DNA of 64,000 bases from Candidatus Omnitrophota bacterium (lineage in GTDB: Bacteria > Omnitrophota > Gorgyraeia > Tantalellales > Tantalellaceae): the NCBI GenBank assembly GCA_014728045.1, contig WJMH01000006.1:52738-116737 (forward strand). Direction: 5' to 3'. Under the pieces are notes generated by a model. The model saw only the letters and a program-made list of their open reading frames with translations, made no database searches and was not told the DNA's origin. The position numbers and the translations under genes are program-made. Shown piece after piece: positions 55,501 through 61,500 of this stretch; the stretch's first letter is position 1; each line of letters opens with the position of its first letter.

Positions 55501-58500
55501 AGAGGCTTCTGGCTAATCTAGGCATATCGGGCGTGATGCGCCTTAGCCATCCAGTAACAGCGGATCCCAGCTGAGCTCTGCGCGGCCGCGCGCGAGCACT
55601 CTTTATCCTACCTTCATCAAAAAGGCCGTCAACCATCGGATAGAGCATACCGAACCCGGTTCTCTGGTCCATGAAGAACAGGTCCTTGTAGTCAGCGTCC
55701 GAGGCGATAACCCTTTCCCCGATTGAATCCATTATTCTCGAAACGGTCCGCGCTCCCGGAGAACGCAACATGGCTTTATAATCTTCCCAGTTCTGGCGCG
55801 ATATGAGATTAAGGTTGAACTGTACGGCGATCTGCAGCAACAAAGGCTCGAAGACATCGTCAAAAATAACTCTTTGTTCCGCATCCCGGTCAGGCGTTGC
55901 CGGGCGTTCCCTTACACCGGGGGCGACTTCCCCGGGGGATGCCTCGGGAGGCGCCTCTTGGGGTGTTTCTGCTCTCTCCCGGACCGCCGCGACCGCGGCA
56001 TTAATATCTTCGGGTGTGGGGGGCTCGACAGCCGCAAGTTCTCCGAACCTGCCGGAAGGGACCCTCTTATCCGCCCGCTCTTGCGCCTGCCTCAGAGCCT
56101 CCGAAATATCGCCCCTTCCGGGCATTATGGTCCTGGCAAGAACAGTGCCTTCACCCAACCCTAGACCCAGTGCGTTCCGGCGGCGCTCGACCTCATTTTT
56201 GCGCTGTTCGATCATATCCGCTACCCGTTGGTTCTCCTGCACTATATCATAAACGCCATGGGCGTATCTGTCGTACCACCTGGCCCATTGCATCTTCTCT
56301 CTCTCGTTCTTGGGCACCATCTTAAGATCCGCCTCACCCCTGGCTACTTTTCGGAAATCATCCAGGTAACCGAATGTCTTCAAACCCTCCCTCCCTCTGT
56401 AAGGATCGGCCTTGGGGCTTTGTGCGACATCCAGAATTATCGGATCGCCCGAACTGGTGACATAGGCGGCGAACCCGTGACCCCTTCCGGTGGGCCTCAC
56501 GTAGAAGACCATACCCTCGATCATATTATCCTGTATCAGCTTCTCGAGCATCATGCCCACAAGTATACCCATGTGGCGGCAGACGCCCCTTTTATCCGAA
56601 AGAACTCTGTTTATGTCGAGGATATAATGGAATTTGGCGTATTTATCGGTCTGTTTCTCGTCATAATCAACGTTGTCCCTGATGGCGTCGAAGACCGCTC
56701 TTATCAGAAGACCCTTGGCCATCCCAGATCCCAGATCGTAACCGGAGTCCGCCAGATCCTTGCTCGCCTTTCTGACATTATCCCGCACCTTCTCATAAAG
56801 TTCTTGGATAGGCTGGCCCCATTTGGCGTGGATTATCTCTCTTTTGGCTACAAGGGACCTTCCTTCGCTCTTCCCGCCGATTATGCGGTGGCCGTAATTG
56901 CCTTGACCGGGACCGGCAAAAGCCGATTCGCCTTTTGATATATCGAAAGACTGTTTCACCTGGTTTATTCTGTCAACAAGACCCAGGATAACTTCCCTTC
57001 TCAGCGCCCTGTTCTTTATCCTCTGATAATACGGAGCGTTCTCTCTTATCTTCAGACGCGTTTGATATTCGGAAGTCCCCGGGAAAAACCGGGCCTCTGG
57101 TGTTTCACGATAAAACCTTGCAAGTTCCTGAAGACCGTATTCGCTGATAATATTGTTCTTCAACATGCTGCTGATCTGCGCCTCCGCCAGCCGCGTGTAC
57201 ATCCGGTCGGTATCTCTTTCTGTCCCTGAAATGTCCACGCCCATTTCATCGGCCTCATCGGCGATAACCTGGAAATAACTCGCATGCATGAAACCGGGGC
57301 TCTGCATATATTGCCCCAAAAACCCCTTGATCTGTCCTTCCTGGGAACCGGAAAGCTTCTCTTCCGATGCGATCCTGTGCAGGTATTCAGCGTCACGAAC
57401 CAGCTGCTCTGCCTCGAATTCGATCCCGGTACGCCCGGTAAGCTCGTGAGAGATCTCATGGGCTATACCCATTCTCACAACAGCCATACGTGCGCGGCGG
57501 TCGGCTATTCTCTCGACTATCCTGTTGACACCGATAAAACCGTTGCGCACATGGTCTTCGAACATATAAGGGGAATGGTCCAGAAAACCTATTACCAGGG
57601 TCTGCGGCAGGTTTTCTATCTCGCCTGTGCCTTCCAGCGATACAAGCACCTCTCTTATCAGGTCCCCCAGAAGAGCCCCGTCAATATCTATGCCTTCTTC
57701 TACCAGAGCCTGCACCTGCTCACCTTTCACCAGTAGAGGCGCGCCGTTGAGATAAACAGGAATGACCTGCACTACGGGCATCTTTTCCCTGGCAAAGTCC
57801 ACCGCCTGCTGGGAATTCGCTATAGCGACTTTTTCACCGTCCCTGACCGAAACAGAAGCATAATAAGGTTCGGTGTGTTTTATCTCCAGCGATTCGGCAA
57901 AGACCACGCCGGTTTCGGAAACGTATTCTAGTTTGACGCCGAGTTTTTCCAACTGCGCGATTATAAATCGTTCAAGTTCTTCACTAACCGTTTCTCCCAG
58001 CTGTCTCTTTTTCTGTATATCTTCAAGCATTGATAGGAGCTTGGACTTAGTCGCCTCGACCACTTTGGGGTCATCCCCCCTGAGGCTGGGATCCACAGAA
58101 ACGGCATTCAGCGAATAAGTGCCGTCCCCGTTGTCGGTGACCGTCACATCGATCATGGGGCCGAATACAGCGACACCTATGGCAAGAACTATGTTTTCCT
58201 CTTCGTCGGGCTTGCCCGATGTTCCGTAGACCTCTCTTACATACGGATGAGACGCTTCATGTTCCAAGCTGTATGCCAGCAGGTTCGCATCGGCAAGTTG
58301 CCCGACCGGAACGTGAATAACACCCTCCTCGTCTATGTAAGCACCGAGCTCGGCGCCCCTGGTGGTCACCGCGGCGATGAGTTCCACATCCGTCATCAGA
58401 CGTGAAGCCAGATCCTCCCGCACGAGTCGAAGCACCCTGAGCATCCTTTCGTCCTCCCCGCTCTTTTCAAGATCTGCGATTCTCTTGTCGATCTTATCCA

Positions 58501-61500
58501 GGGAAATGCGCCTGACTTCCTCCAGACGGCGTATATCCTCACCGGTCTTCTCAAGACCAAAGACCAAATGCGTGCCCATGGGTGATATCATGTTCTGATA
58601 ACCAGGCAGAACCTCTCTTGAGCCTGCTTCTTCTGGAAGAGGTATGGTCCTTTCCTCCCCGGCGATCAATATATCAACGGTCCTTTGGGGTTTCTCCGCG
58701 GGGGCCCCGGAGGTCGGCTTGGCGGGAAGTCGCCGGGTGACCTCTTTTATAACCGCTCTCTGACACGCCGTATACAGGACCAGCAGGAACAGACCGGAAG
58801 CGAATACCGGTCTGTACCTCCGCCCCAGCCAACCGATGAACCTCTCAGCCAGAGCGGCAACGGATCCAGCGTCTTTCAGTCTTGACAGGTTATTGCTGAA
58901 CCATGCTTCGGACAATCCCCTATCCGGCTCTCCCGTGCCGGGATCGCGCCCGACCGAGTTGAAAACAGCGTACCTCGCCGCACCGGAAGTGTTCCTGTCA
59001 AGAAGAGGAACGTCATAACCGGACAGTTTCTTCTCAAGGCTCTCCCACTCGTTTCCTATATCCTCAAGGTTTTCCGGGGCCAGAGGTCTTCCACGTCGGG
59101 TCAGTGAGTCGATCGTATCCGCCGCGGCCTCATTCAGCTGTAGGGAGCTTTCTGCGACGGGTTTGCTTATATTCTTTGTGATCCCGGAGGCTGAGGAGTT
59201 CAGCATCTCTACCCTTCGCCATGTCCCGTGGCTTATGCTCTTATAAAAGACCATGTCCCTGCCGTTATATCTTCCGACGATAAAAATCCTGTCTTCACCA
59301 TCTTCGGGCACGCCCCTGAACGCGTCACGTATTATCATGTAACCATTGAGATGCGCCCATATCCTGGCAAGGAACGACGGATCGAGATCGACTATCACCT
59401 TGGAAGGTATGATCTGCTGGGCGTTGAAGTTCTCCGAACGATAATTACCGTATATCCTGTAGAAATATTTCCTGAACTTTAATATTTCCCGGGCGTCCAG
59501 CCTCTCGTCCAGTTCTCCCTCTATGACGGATGCAATGGTCCTGAGATAGTCCAGGATAAGCTTTTTGGTATCCCTGCCTTCATTGGCAGCCACTCTGAAA
59601 TCACTGAAAAAATCACTGTCAAAATGCTTGCGATAGAACCTGTCGAACCCGCCTTCCTTCTGAACCGCCCTTGCAATGAACTGCGGGTTGGTCTCAAGGA
59701 CTTCGCGCAGATCGACCCGGAACTTGCTGGCCAGGTCCTGTTGCAGGTTGAGATCTATCCATTGGTCGAAATTGAACGGCCCCGGCAGGGCAAGGTCCCC
59801 TCTGCCAAGGAAAAACCCCAATGACTCCGCGAAAATGGAGGCCATGTTGATCACAAGGACATAACCCAAGAGTATGCTGCTCAAAGCGAACGGTCCCATG
59901 CTGGAGTAGGACAAAATGATCCCAGCAATCGAACTTGCGGCAATATTACCCAGAAGACCTCCGAAACGAACGAAAACCGGAGGAGCCCTCCCGGTCCTCA
60001 CCTGGCCGGTATAGAACACCCCCAAAAGGTCCCAGTCCACGAACGCCCCGCTCAGTTTCGCGGCGGTGATATGCCCAAGTTCATGGAAAGGCGTCGAGAA
60101 AACGGACAGGACCCTTACTATCGTATTGAGCCAGGGTGCATCCCTTCTTAGAGCATTGGCCAGTAGTGAATTGGACGGAAGTTCGGTGGTTTCCGAACCG
60201 ACTATGTCCCCGAGCCCTCTGGGCGGGTTCACAGCAGGCGGTTCGCCGAAAAAGTCGGCAGCCTCCCGAGCAACATTCTGGCTGGTAAGATCTACCGTCT
60301 CCGCCCCGGTGCTCACACTTTCGGGCCCGAGATCGATAGTGCTCGCTACCTTCACGGCGCCGCTGGTTGCACTATCAGCGGGCGGACTCCTTCCACGAAG
60401 GGACTTCTGCGTGCGAATCTTTTTGGTGGACGACGTTATCCTGCTGACCGCCGTACCCGCCTCGTTTATCCCGTCCTCGTTCTCGAGCAAAAGCATGGCG
60501 ATGAATTTTTCGAGCTCCGATGATTCCCGGGAATGCGCCCGGCTCTTACCCAAAAGCCGTATCGTTTCGCTGGTCGACCTTCTTTCCTTCTTATCCACCC
60601 ATTCGGCATACTTTTGGTTTTCGAACAGCTGGTTCATGTTCTCTTCTTCTTCATCGGTCCTGTGCTGGGGAAGCTTGCCATCATGCAGCATCTGGTAAAG
60701 GATAACCCCTATGGCATAAAGATCGGTTTTGGCGTTGTATTTCACGTCCTGTCCGTGAACAAAGAAGTTCCTGAGAACATTATTCGGCATATACTCGGGA
60801 GTTCCCGTAAGGGTTTCTGTCGACAAAACTCCCTGAGGAGTAAAACGTGAGATGCCGAAATCAGCTATCCTGAGCCGGCCGTTCACATAGAAAATATTCT
60901 CAGGCTTAAGGTCAGCATGGATGATGCCTTTCTTGTGGATAGCTCTTATCGAGCTTAGAAGTTGTCCGGCGATATCGTATACCTCTTCCTCGGCAAAAAG
61001 CTCATCACGCACCCCCACGCGTTTTTCCGCCTGACGGGTCTGGATCATCGTGCCCAGGTCACCGCCATCGGCGTACTGCATGGCAATGAAATAATATCTT
61101 TCGCCATTATGCTCATAATATCCTGCCTCATAAGGCCTTATAACCCCGGGGACGTCTTCAAGACGTTTCATCATGAGGTATTCCTGCAGGAAATTTATCA
61201 CCGCCGAAGGAGAGCTGCCCGGCTTCAGGATCTTGATCGCTATGTCCCGTTCTTTAAGTCTTCCTTCCGTGACTTTGGCCCGGAAAGCTGCCCCGAAACC
61301 GCCTTTCCCGAGAAGACTTTCCAAGCGGAAAGTGTTCGCGCCCCGGGCTTTTCCTCCCATTATCGTATCGGGTATGACCATGGTCTTGCCGCCGAGCTTG
61401 ATCGCTCGAGCCCTTGGTTTTTTCATGCGTATGTTCCGCTTCGGAAAAAGCTCTTTCCATCTGGGGTTCTTGATCATCCTCCTGTTATCAGATTCGGCAT

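Noticed and set aside
58760-58825. Internal lipoprotein signal in giant 2 (RRYRPVFASGLFLLVLYTAC)
   Set aside because: Suggestive, but the lipobox is non-canonical (Y at -3); treated as a plain TM segment.
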